From NCBI RefSeq assembly GCF_009914755.1, contig NC_060926.1: a stretch of 64,000 bases of DNA, one strand, 5' to 3'. Each line of letters begins with the position of its first letter. Position 1 is the first letter of the stretch. Positions 39,801 through 52,353 of the stretch are shown here, piece by piece. The position numbers and the translations under genes were made by a program. This DNA is from the human T2T-CHM13v2.0 reference genome, Homo sapiens. The notes under the pieces were generated by a model. It worked only from the letters and a program-made list of their open reading frames with translations, ran no database searches and had not been told where the DNA came from.

Positions 39801-40710
39801 GTAAACCTAACATATTAACAATTACCTTAAATATAAATGGACTAAATCCACAAATCAAAAGCTTGGCAGAGAGGAAAAAAATAACATTGCCCAACCATAT
39901 GCTGTTTAAAAGAAATTCACCTGAAATTCTTGAAGTTAGTTGAAAGTAAAATGATGTAAAAATACACTATGAAAGTATTAATGATAATTTAGCGTAAAAG
40001 TAGCTCTATTAATATCTGAAGTAGACTCAAAACAAAATTATTACAGATAAAGAGGTATATTACATAATGAGAAACATGTCAATCCACTAAGAAGACATGA
40101 GCATCCTTAAAGTTGTATACACCAAAATACAGAGTCTCAAAATAACTTGAAGGAAAAACTGATAAGCTGAAAGATGAAATAGACACATTCAAAATTATAG
40201 CTTGGACTTTAACTTTAAAAATCAATAAATTTCAAACTTCAAATGAAATTGACTAATTTATTACTAGACACAAATTACCAGAACTGATGTAAGAAGTGTT
40301 AGAAAATCTGAATACACCTATAGTATTAAATAATATGAAATCTTAATTAAAATTCTGCACACAAAGAAAATCCCAGGTCCAGTTGCCTTCAATGAATTCT
40401 AACAAGGATTTAATGAAAAAATAATATAGATCTCTACTACATTCTTTCAGAAAATAAAGTAGAACATGAGCATCCTTAAAAAAATTAGCCAAATATTGGC
40501 CAAATATTAGCCAATTGAATCAAGCAGTATTTTTTTAAATAATATACAATAAAATTGTGATTTATCTGAAGTATGTAAACTTGGTGTAACATTCAAAAAT
40601 TAATAAAAATTATGTACATAAGGACAGATCATAAAGGAATACCCAAATAATCAACTCAATAGATCTAAAAGAAAAAAATGTTCAGAATTCAACATTCATT
40701 CACAAAACAC
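33868..40710 (+). mobile_element. Compound old L1 block: outer L1M (33868-~34495, ~39520-40710) with a nested L1MC/MD (~34500-39510)
   Basis: Two L1 5'-end-like starts; ORF1 remnant (SDSDMKQMLELSDREHDIIVINMF in ORF 35381); ORF2 and L1MC/MD-type 3'UTR ending ~39510, after which ORF2-endonuclease-like sequence restarts. Confidence 0.7.
36443..36856 (-). mobile_element. MaLR LTR, MLT1A/A0-like, inserted in L1
   Basis: 'accatagattgggtggcttaaac...gggcttcatcatatgaattttggggg...attcagtccataa'. Confidence 0.85.
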
Positions 40711-40769
40711 AAATTGATTGCAGATACGTTGAAAATGACTGATTCTGCATATGCTGAGGTTCCATACTA

Positions 40770-41010
40770 ACATTTATAATTGCAATTACATAGCACATGC
40801 TTTATGTCAGACTCTGTTGTACATGTTTGTATTTAAGTCATTTAATGCCCACAAAATTGCCATGAAATAGGCACTACTATTTTCAATGTATAAATGGAGT
40901 AACTGAGGCACACAGAAGTTGAATTATTTCCTCAGGATTAAAAAGTTAACAAGCGGTTGAGCCAGCATTATGCAACCCAAATTTATTTTCTTAATCATTT
41001 AGCATGCTGT
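40770..41010 (-). mobile_element. MIR SINE
   Basis: 'atggagtaactgaggcacacagaagtt' MIR core. Confidence 0.7.
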
Positions 41011-41988
41011 CTTAAAATATTGACCTTGATTTTTGCTCATGTTACCTAATTACCATTTTGTGTTCTTACCTCTCCAATACTGGGCATAGGGTTTGGGGGA
41101 GAGGAGTTCAAGAAGACAAAAAAAAATAAAAATAAAAAAAGATTGTTGCTGAATATGTTTCACTGTTTAGTCAAATTACGTTTCTCAGAATTTCAGTGAT
41201 TTAAGTTGAAGTTAGAAACACACACTCTGGATCCTTTTTATTCCTTTTCATTCCAACTTAAAAATTTATGTTTAGTGTTCTCTAATGCAAAAAAAATGTA
41301 AGCAACCCTGTTTAACAATAAAACACAATATTAAAACCATTATTTGGGGTTCTGCTACACAATATAGGAAAATGAATATGACCAGTGCCATTGAATAGTC
41401 TTTATGGCCTTCATGGATTTTATTCACTGAGAATCAAAAGGTAATCAATATAAGCAATTTGAGTGAAACCAAATGATATACATATTTTAAATAGATATAT
41501 ATGGTAAACTTTTATATAGAATTTGTGACAACTTTGGTGATTTAAATGATACAATGTAGTACTGTATCATATATAATATATTGGGATTTGAACAAAACAA
41601 TAACTGTTTTATGAATTTTCAAGCATATATGTCAAAGCTCTAAATTTTTTTTAAAAAAATGTCAATTTGCTCATTCTCTTGTCAATGGACAAGGTTTGTT
41701 TATGTAATAATGCTGATAAATAGTATATTTGTAGATGTAGTTAGTTACATATTTGATAAAAGTTTGGGAGGTGACAAGATAATTTCAAATTGTTTTCAAG
41801 ATTGGCTATATCAACATTTTTGTCTGCAGTGTAAAAGAATGAGTTTGTTTCTTTTCTTTGCGACATTTAATATTCTCAGAGTTTTAAATTATTACCCATC
41901 TGCATGGTGTTTGACTTTTATTTCCTTGCAATTAAGCACATTTTCATAGGTTTATTATTTTTTCTTTTCTGTGAAATGTTTATTCAAG

Positions 41989-42167
41989 ACTCCTGAGTAG
42001 CTGGGATTACAGGCGTGTGCCACTACACCTGGCTAATTTTTATATTTTTAGTAGAGATGGGGTTTCACCATGTTGTTCAGGCTGGTCTCAAACTCCTGAC
42101 CTCGTGATCCGCCCACCTCTGCCTCCAAAAGTGCTGGGATTACAGGCGTGAGCCACCACGTCCGGCC
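41989..42167 (-). mobile_element. Alu (AluS), 3'-truncated, no tail
   Basis: Left arm, linker and ~40 bp of right arm only. Confidence 0.9.
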
Positions 42168-42761
42168 CACAGTTGGATTTATTAAGCAACAGAAAAGCTC
42201 TCAGCAAGGGGATGGGATCAAAAGAGGGTTACTGGCTATGAAGCTGAGTTCAGGGTTTTTATGGACTGGGAAGGAGGAGTGCGCTGACTGGTCTGTGGGT
42301 CATCTTGGAGAAAGTATCACTCAGAAAGAGGTATGACAGTGTAAAGAACCAACTGGAGGCAGAAGGAAGGTTTGGTTTGGGACCAATCAGGGCTGAAGTG
42401 AAGGCTTGACCCACAACCAATCAGAGGATGTAGTGACATTACACTTTACGTAAATGAAGATTCAGCCTGTGGCCAATCACAGAAAGATAGGGATATATAA
42501 AATAGGTAAAAAGTAAGGACCAATTGGGAAGAAGTGTGTGAAATAAGACAAAGGCACACCAATGAAAGAGAAATGTGTCCAAAAAAGGAGTGGAATTTGT
42601 TCACCTGGGTTCAGAGAGTAGGCTTTTCCATTCAAGGACGTGGGCTCTTTCTTATCTGGGGCCTGCAGCTTGATTTTCAGGCTGTTCTTGGTGTGAAGGA
42701 GTTTTGCTGAGGACCCACCCTAACTGCCTGCCTGAATGATTTCTTCCTTCCTCCTCTCTCA
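42168..42761 (-). mobile_element. ERV1 MER4-group LTR, 3'-truncated (MER51/LTR27-related, uncertain)
   Basis: Ends 'cttccttcctcctctctca' (LTR 5' TGAGAG on minus strand); several CCAAT boxes. Confidence 0.65.
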
Positions 42762-42849
42762 TTAGCTCATAAGCTATACAAAAACAGGTGACAAGCTAGA
42801 TTAGTTCCACTGACTGCAGTTTCCTGATTTTCCTATTCTAAACTACTAG

Positions 42850-43950
42850 TTGCTTCTTTGAATTATCCTTTTATTTCCTCAAGATATGGCCCATATACAC
42901 AGTTAAGTAGCTTTCTCAGCTGTAGAAATGTGAGTCCAAAGGCTTCTTTTTATTTTATGGCTACATTCTTTACTCCTAGTTGTAAAAGTGTTCCAAAATG
43001 TTTTGAGTTTCCTATTCATCAATGCATAATCTACTCTAACAGACAAGAACTTTAATCATACTTTTGTTCCAAATAGGCTCATCCCTACCTTGGACTATCT
43101 GTGAGTATGTTTGAGAACAATACCTTTAACAGTTTTAAAAGCCTTCTTGTTTAAGGTAGAAGATCTATGCTATTAAGATTAAGAGACTTGGAAGTACTAT
43201 CAGGCATGACCTTATCTTTCTTTGAGATCATAACAACGAATTTTGTAACCACAGACTCGAAACGATCTTTAATCAGAAAGCAAGTTTTAGTGATCCAGTT
43301 GGATGTTTCTGTTGAGGCCATTTTTTTTTTGTTTTGAAAAATTTGCTCTCCAGGAGAGTGAGATAGAATTTATTTTCAAACATAATAAATATTTATTCCC
43401 TTATATTTTATCTAAACTGTGTTCAATGGTTGAAAGTTACTTCTCTAATTCATTTCTCTCGTCATATTTTCTCAAACACTTCTAAAAGAAGAGGTTGGCA
43501 CTTTCAACAACGTTCTTCCAGGGGGTCTTCTTAACCAGATTCATGAAGTTCTTAAATATCTATTCTTCATGTTACCACAATTATAATGTTATCTTATGGA
43601 GTGGCCATACATAAATATGTCTTTTTATCTCCAGACTCCAATAACAATTTTCTCATGGTCCTTCAAGCTTTCACCTACAGTCTGCTAAAGGATGATCCAC
43701 CGTCTCCCCACAGTGCATTCCCACATTTTCATGTGGCAATATCCAAATCCTGGTTCTATATTCTGTTTTGTCTATCTATTATTGCACAATAAATTTTCTC
43801 AAATGTTGTGATCTAAAACAACTATTTTATTTTGTCCACAATTTTTCAGATCAGGAATTAGGGAAGAGCTTATTTGAACACAGTTTATGATTCACTTGCC
43901 ATCAGCTGGAGAAACTTGTGCCTAGGGAATCCACTTTCAAAATGGCTTCT
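42850..43950 (-). mobile_element. MaLR internal sequence plus adjoining MLT1 LTR (LTR remainder at ~44670-45030)
   Basis: 'ccacattttca' near the internal/LTR boundary, then 'ttttctcaaatgttgtgatctaaaacaactattttatttt...ccactttcaaaatggct'. Confidence 0.55.
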
Positions 43951-46900
43951 TCAGAAACAGGAGTTTAAAAAGAAAACGGTATCAGTGCAAGAGAAGGTAA
44001 ACCTGAAGTAAAAAGTAAACTGTTACAGAATGATACATATAGTATAATACTGCTTATGTAACGTTTAACCCCACATCAAAATACTATGTTTTGTTTATAA
44101 AAACAGTCACATTTAGGAAAATGTGAAAACATGGGCAGAAATTATATCTAAAAGCTTCTGAACAATGACAACCACAGGAGAGAGGGCAAGGAGAATGAAA
44201 CTGAGAGGAACACATAAAAGACTTCAACTGTATCTCTAACATGTATAATTCTTATTATCTGAGCTCTTGTTATTTTTTCTCCTGGAACTGAATAGATTCT
44301 AGTGATTGATTGATTGACTGATTAATTGATTTCTCTTTTTCTCTTTCTTTTCTTTCCTCCCCTCCCTCCCTCCCTTCCTTCCTTCCTTTCTTCCTTCCTT
44401 CTTTCTTTTTTTTGAAAGAGGATTGTTTGCAGGAAATGATATCTCCTCACTTTCTGAAATCTTACTGTCTGAAAATCAAGACCTACACAGATTCAGATAA
44501 AATGGTGTGGATTGCTCTCTAAACTTGGGGTCTGAGTTGTCACTATCCAAACTCACTAACTGGGTAGAATCAGATAGCACAGGACACAGTTTTTTGTTGC
44601 TTTAAACATATAAAATATCTAAAGCAAAATACTACATTTTTAACAATTTGTTAAATCTGAAAAAAAAAATGTCTCTTCACTTAAATATCTTTCAGCTCAA
44701 TGCTCCTTGGCTTCTTTGCTTTTTCATATATTCATCCTCATGGCTTGGATTTCCCACAGTGTTTGTCTCGGAGTAGTTGCTCTTCTTCTACAGCAGGTAC
44801 ACAAAAGGACAAAAAACAGAAACTGCCAAACCATTTAATGGCTATGCCTGGAACAGATACAGTGTCAATATTGCTTTATTATATTAGTAAAAGAAGTTAC
44901 AGGGGCTACCCAAATTCAAAGAGTTAAGGAAATAGATTCTACCTCTTACTGGAGGGGTAGCAAAGTCGTATTGCTGAAGAGTGTTTGGAATAAAAAATAT
45001 TGTGGCCTTCTGTGGGAAAAAAAGTCACATTACATGTAAGAAATAAGATAAAGTATTTGAAGTTTCCACTATAGCAGCTAGCATATGGTCATTATGATAA
45101 AAAGGATAATTTTAATGTCTGTATAGTGTTTGCTGTACTTTAAGTACCTTTAGGAATAGAGACAGATGCATTTAATCCGCCCAGCAAAACTATATGCTAG
45201 CATCATTATCATTATTATATTACACATGGGATAAATGGATTATAGCATTAAATAATTTGCCCAAATCAAACAGATATCCAGAAGTAGAGCTGGAATTCAA
45301 ATCTGTTTAACTAAATGTCATACCCTATAAAACAGTCACTAATACAAAAAGAAAATAATATGATGCCACTCAAAACTAACTCCTGCTGCTACCTTTCCAG
45401 AAGCTGTAGAATACCCTGTGGCTCACTTATACAATGACTGCAATCATTTTTGTGTGTATGAGTGTGTGGGTAGTGATTTAATTCCTTCTTATATTCAAAC
45501 ATCTAATAAATGTATAAGCAGGTTAAGCATGCTAGTATAATTCATACTCTTAACTTTTACAATAGCAATAAAATATATTTTCCTTAAATCTGTTTATTTC
45601 TATGATATTTAATTATTATTTTCCATAAACAACAATCGAGTAAATATCAAAATAAATATTTAGAATTCCATATTTTATAAATTTTTTTCTTCCATTTTCC
45701 TTATAGAGCTCTATAAGCATTCTCACTGCTTAGTTTCTTATGTCTATGGTTTGATTCTGTAACTTCATGAGACTTTATTAACATTAATCATTTACAAGTC
45801 ATTTACTTTAAAAATGTGAATTCTTGAAATAATTGTAGAAATCTGTTTACTAATGTGATTATAGATTATTAGAATATATTCATGTGTATGTGTGATTTTT
45901 ATTAATCTGAAATGATAGAAATGTGAATATTCATGTTTTAATGTTTAATTCAGGCATTAAATAAAATTACTGAAAAGTGCATCCATCTTAAAATAAATAG
46001 TGAGTAAAATTTTTTCTTTTTATTTTTTCTTTCCTTCTAGCATAAATAATACAACAGGTAAATATTCATAATAACTTTATGCTTGAAGTGTTAATCAAAA
46101 GAATCATTCATTAGCCATAATTAAATACATCCATTACTTCTTACCATGGAGCATATACTAAAGGGACTGAATTTGACATTTCAATGGACTTGGAAAGTGC
46201 TTCATGGTAGGACTGTTTTTCTACATGTATCAGAAATTAAAGAAATAACTTCTAATAAAAATATGCCTAAAATGAATGAGTAAGGAACTCTTTTGAAACA
46301 ATTCTGTGATTTCCTAGCAGTATTGCTGTTTATCTACACAATTTGCAGGTAGTACTTTACATGCATCTCTGCTTTAATAAATGTTAAAATACTTTTTTTA
46401 GTAAATGTTTCATAAAAAATTAATTTTCCGGTGGAATATTTTAAGAGAAATTTTTTTTTAATATTGCACATTAGCTCAGAATTTATAAGGTGTAAAATAT
46501 AATAAAGTATTTTTAAAAAATACCACTCATACCTCAAAAATCAATTCACTTTTAACTAAAATAACTTTCAAATTTAATTTGATAATTGATTCTATTTTTA
46601 TAATTTTTAAAATAATAATTAGTATAATATGAAAGAAAATTTGCAAAATGATGAATTGACTCAATAGTTTTCTCTCAAATTTAAGGATACAAAATACAAA
46701 TATCTCCTAAGAAAAGGCCACCATCAGGGAAAATCTTATTCAAAAGCTTTAGAATAAATTCCAGAAACTGTTTAGCAGTAAACAGAATGCAGACACAAGT
46801 GGTTTTAATGATTTAAAAGGAAAGAAAGGCTACTTGTCATATCTTTTTCAGAGGACACTTGAAATAATAGATACTACATTATTGAAAACAATTATCACCA

Positions 46901-47589
46901 ATTAGCTCAAAATACTCTCTTTAATTCATTATATATCTTCTAAGAATCTACTTTTGCAGCATATATCCTAGGTGTCAATGTTAATTTACTAAATGAATGC
47001 ATAAAGGAGTAGTTATGCTCTCAAGAGGCTTAAATCTATTGGGAAAACAAATACTTAAAACCAACTATGTTTATTAGGAAGAATAACATATTTAAGTAAT
47101 GAAATAATAAATTTTACATGTGACATATGTGTAATTACTATCATGGCAACCATATGAATAATATGTCTTATCTGCTCAGCTTAGCATATAAGCACCTATC
47201 ATACAAAAAGATGATTTTTAAAATCCAGAATTCTAAGCAGCAGTCTATTGGAAAATATGGCTCTTCAGAGCCAGTATAGAATGAGATGAAGAGAAGACAG
47301 AGTGTAGGGGAACACAACCAACCAACCAAAACAGAAAATAATGTCCTGTTTCATCCTCTCCTTAATGATACAATCTACATAGAAGTTCTCCCAAAAATCC
47401 AGATGCCATTTGCTGAGTTAGGAGCAGGGTGATTGGAGGTAGGGAAGTAAAAGAGCTAAGACTTTACCTGAAATAGACTGGAACGCTCAAAAAGATGTTT
47501 AAAATGAGAACGATGAAGATACCATTAATTAAAAATCAACCTGCTTCACAGCCTAGATCAAAGAGTAGAGATTCATGCAAAAGATAAAA

Positions 47590-47663
47590 ACAGTTATAGA
47601 AAGTTAAAAAGCACATGTATTTTCCTACAGATATAGAAAGTTAAAAAGCACATGTATTTTCCT
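47590..47663. repeat. 37-bp tandem duplication (1 mismatch)
   Basis: acag(t/a)tatagaaagttaaaaagcacatgtattttcct x2. Confidence 0.95.
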
Positions 47664-47699
47664 GAATATCTGAGTATAATATTTATTACGATGCGAAAC

Positions 47700-48605
47700 T
47701 TTTTAAAAATTAATAGACTTTATATTTTAGAGAAATTTTAGGTTTAAAGAAAAATTGAGCATAAAAAATGCAGAAAGTTATCATATTCCCCTTCATCACC
47801 ATCCTGAACAAAGTTTTTCCTGTTATTAACATCTGACATTAATGTGGTACATTTGTTGCAGTTGATAAACCAATATTGACACATTACTGTAAACTTCATG
47901 GTTTACATTATTACTCACTCTGTACATTATATGAGTTTTAGAAAATGGATAACATGTATCCACCACTACAACATCATATAGAATAGTTTATTACCCTTGA
48001 CATTTCCTGTGCTCTACTTTTTCATCCCTCTCTTCCCCTCTCCTCCCCATGAGCCCTGGAAACCACTGATCTTTTTCCTGTCTCCACAGTTTTGCCTTTT
48101 TCAGAATGTCATATAGTTGGAATCATACAGTATTCAGCTTATTCAGATTGGCTTATTTCATTTAACAGTATGCACTAAATTTTCCTTAATGTCTCTTTAT
48201 GGCTAGATAATTCATTTCTCTTTATCAATGAATAATATTCCATTGTATGATACACCACAGTTTATTCATTCACCTAGTGAAGTATATTTAGGTTGTTTCT
48301 AGGTTTGGGCAATTGTGATAAAAGCTGCTATAAACATCCATGTGCTTGGTGTGTGTGTATGTGTGTGTGTGTGTGTAAAAGTAAGCTTTCAACTAATTTG
48401 GTAAATATAAAGGAACACAGTTGCTGAATCATATGGGAAGTTTGTGTTTAGTTTTGCAAGAAACTGCCAAATGGTCTTCCATAGTGGCTATAATGTTTTG
48501 ACTTCCACCAATGATGAAGGAGCGTTCCTGTTAGTCCACATTTTCTCCAGGATTTGGTGTTTTTGGTGCTCTGGATTTTAGCCATTCTAATAGATATGTA
48601 GTGGC
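47700..48605 (-). mobile_element. L1MC1/2-like 3' end with (TG)n at ~48349-48376
   Basis: 'taatagactttatattttagag...cctggaaaccactgatc...agaatgtcatatagttggaatcatacagt'. Confidence 0.85.
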
Positions 48606-48884
48606 GAATCCAATGAAAGCTCCAGTAAGAGATTACTTTTCACTGAATTGAACAAATTTTAGATTTTTAAAAAATAAATATTAAAGCATAATCAGTGAGG
48701 GCATGGGGAAGATCTCCTTATCAGCAATCAAGCCAGAATATAAATCAGAAGTAATTAAAATAGTATGATAAGAATAGATAAATAGGAAAGCATATCAGAA
48801 TAGAGATCCCAAATACAAATCCCTACATATGAGGAAGTTTTGTATGTGATAAAAGTAATCTTTGAAATAGAAAAAGAGAGATTT

Positions 48885-51800
48885 TATTTCCACCTAGGTT
48901 GTAAAAAACCACAGGAGAACATCACTCATTTCATAACACTGGACACAAGCTGGGCAATCTATTCAAGCCTAACTTTCACTTGAGTCTGCCAGGTGGTTGA
49001 GATTATGCAACTAGGTGAACTGAATTCCAATGGTGACAATTCCTTGTAAGAGGGATGGAATGCACAAACTGTTTCTTTTTTGACAGAACACGGAAGAAGA
49101 GACAGTGATTGAAAAACTAAGAGGAAATCAGTTAAAAATCTTAGAGAAATTTTAAAGGTTAAGTGCAGGTTTACACAATTGCTTAGAACCTCTGGGATCC
49201 TCAAACCACAAGGGGAATCCATACTTATCCACAACCTGTTTTCTGAGACTATCACCTGGGTGCTTAATAGAAAGATAGACCTGTGAGAGACCTGCTTTGG
49301 ACAGAGGAACAGACTATTACCCACTTTTCACACCCAACACAAATATGAAGTAAAAATCTTAAGCCACCATGGAGACTCCAGAAATCTTCCTGTTCCCAGG
49401 GCATAAACAAAGATCCATTGCCTTCTGGGGAAGATAAGCCAACTCCCAAGGGCAAGAGGACCCTTTTACTCCTTATTGCAGGCAAAGGTAATAGCCACTA
49501 AGGAAAGAGCCCAACCAAAGTTGCCTGCCTCTGTGAGAGGGAAAGGAAAGCCACTGGTGACAGAAACTAACACTAATACAAAGCAGAGATCTGTTAATAC
49601 TGGGGGTGCAAAAGGCAATTTTATCCCATTAAAATAACACTGATAAAAAGGCAGCAAAATTCCTTACGGCAGGAAAGAGGTACTGGAACTTGAGAAAGCC
49701 GCAATGCTGAGGTTCAGATAGATAGCATCTGCCTAAGAGGAAAGTTGAAATAAAAACAAAGAATCCACCCCTGGCCACAAATGAAGCATAACAGAGTGTA
49801 ACAAATAGCAGCAGTGTATCACTAAGAGAGTGACTGACCAAGAAAAAAGAAAGAAAGGATAACTTCTTTGTGGTACAAGCATGCAGAGCCTATTGAAAGT
49901 ATTCAATGGAGCAGCAACAGTGAGAAAAACTCCTTAGGGATCCAAGAGTTTCAATAAGATCACGACTATAAGCAGCCCTCTGCTAAAAAATTTGAAATCT
50001 GTGGTGAGTTAAAGGTATAGATACAACAAAACCCCAAACAACAGCTCAATTACTGCTTAAATTGACTTTAAAATGCATTACAATAACCTGAACAAAGAAG
50101 AGGTATACTCACTTATTTGAGAAAACACTATTTAGCCTCGTCTGTGGGTTCTTCTCTATGTTGCCTTGCATAAAATAAATAAAACGTATAAGACCCCACA
50201 AACATCAAGTATAAGCAGTTAATTGCCAGGGATATATCAATCAACAGAGCCACAACCAAAAGTTGGCCAGATATTAAGACTATTAGTTAAGTCCTTTAAA
50301 ATATGTACTATAAAATACTTCAACAAATGTAGTGGAAAAAGCAGGCAACATGTATAAACCCATTAACAACTTTAGCAAAGAAATGGGATGTAACAAAAAT
50401 CAAAGGGAATTTATAGAAATTTAAATGAGAATATTAAACATAATTTCTAGACTGAACATCAGCAGAATGGACACAGTAGAGGTGTCACAAACTTCCAGAT
50501 AGGTTGAATAATATAAATTATCTTAAATGAAATATAAAAAGCAAAAGAAAAGAGAAAAAAAAGAGTTAATGAGAGCAGAGAATCCAAGTGCTAGGAGACA
50601 AACATACAATAATAATTGTCTAATACATATGAAATTGAGTCCTGGAGCGGGAAAGAAAATGGATGAAACAAAAGAAATATTGGAAAAGATAATGGTCAAG
50701 ATGTTTCCAAAATTAAGGAAAGATAACAAAGCAAAGATCCAAGAACCTCAGCTACCCACAAGAATAAAAATAGACAAACTAACAAAAACACTAAAATTAA
50801 ACAAGCAGCCCATGGTGGGCAGTAGGGAGAGGGGTAGGTAAGAAACACTGGTTAAAAAACAAAGATACAAGAAAAAACAGACTTCTTATTGGAAACTATG
50901 CAAGCCAGAAAACTATGGAGTGACATTATTAAAGTCCTAAAAGGGGGGGAAATGTTAACCTAGAAACTTGTATCTAGCAAAGATATATCTTAAAAATTAA
51001 TAATAAAATGAAAGTATCTGCAAATGAAGCTGACAGAATTAATTGACAGTAGACCAACAATGACTCAATGACAATGACTTTACAATAAATAATAAAAACA
51101 GTTCAATAGCCCTAAAATTATGCCAAATGGAAATTCAAATCTAAACAAAGAAATAAGAGAAGACGTGGTGAGATTTATAGTAAGTAAAATACATTTTCTT
51201 ATTTTCTGTTTCTTTTAAAGACAATTATCCTAAGACAAAATTGTAATAATATATTGTGGGGTTTATTAGTAAGTTGTATGAAACAATTGTATAAATGATA
51301 AGAGGAAGGAAACTATAGTATTGTAAAGATTTTTCTGAGACATGAAGTGACATGCTATTATTTAATGGTACACTATGATGAGCTGAAGATTTATATTGTA
51401 TGCCCAGAAAAACACTAAATAATAAGAAGTAGTGTAATTAACAAAGCAACAGCAGAGATGAAAATTTGAGGAAAATCCTCAATTATCACCTAAAAAAGTA
51501 AGAAAAAAGAAAACAGAGAAACAAAGGAATTGCAAATTAAAAAATGGTAGCTTGGAAATCGACTATACCAATAATTTTATTAAATCTAAATAGAAAAAAC
51601 TATACCATTGAAAGGCAGAGATTTTCAAAATGAATAAAAAGCCACAATGATTACATACACTTTAAAAAACCGATTTCAAATATAAAGATATAGATCATTC
51701 AAAACTAGAAGAATAGAAATAGACATATCATGTAAACAGTAAGCATAAGCGCGCTTGAAAAAATATTTCACTATCAGACAAAATTATTTTAGCCCAAAGA

Positions 51801-52110
51801 AGTTTTACTAGGGATATAAGTAGAAATTTTATAATGTTTGTAGAGAGGAAAATATATTAAAATATATAACTTCCCTAAATTTTTGGCAGTGAACAACAGA
51901 GATTTATAATAAATAAAGCCAAAACCAATATATCTTAAAGGAGAAGTAGAAAAAATACACAAATATACTGGGATACTTCATCATTCTTCTTGCAGTTGTT
52001 GATAGAAGGAAAACACAAAGCGTCAGAAAGGTGTAGAACACTTGAAGAATACTGTCAACCAAATGAGCATAATTGATGTTTTATGGAAAACTTTACTGTC
52101 AAACTTCAAG
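48885..52110 (+). mobile_element. Old L1M 5'UTR-ORF1-start of ORF2
   Basis: ORF 50527 contains ORF1-like 'EILEKIMVKMFPKLRKDNKAKIQE'; 'gaaactatgcaagccagaa' ORF1 motif. Confidence 0.65.
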
Positions 52111-52267
52111 TTTATTTAACCATTTCCTTGGAGGATTTTTTTCTCTTATACACAGTGCAACAATGACCATTCTTGCGCATTCTTTTACATGCATCTTTGG
52201 AGCTATATATAACTTACATATGATTCAAATATGATATTTTATATATTACAAATATATACACATATAA

Positions 52268-52305
52268 ATGTATGTATGTATGTATGTATGTATGTGTGTG
52301 TGTGT

Positions 52306-52352
<47 letters not shown>
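52268..52352. repeat. Compound microsatellite (TATG)6(TG)5TA(TAGA)11
   Basis: Counted directly. Confidence 0.95.
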
Positions 52353-52353
<1 letters not shown>

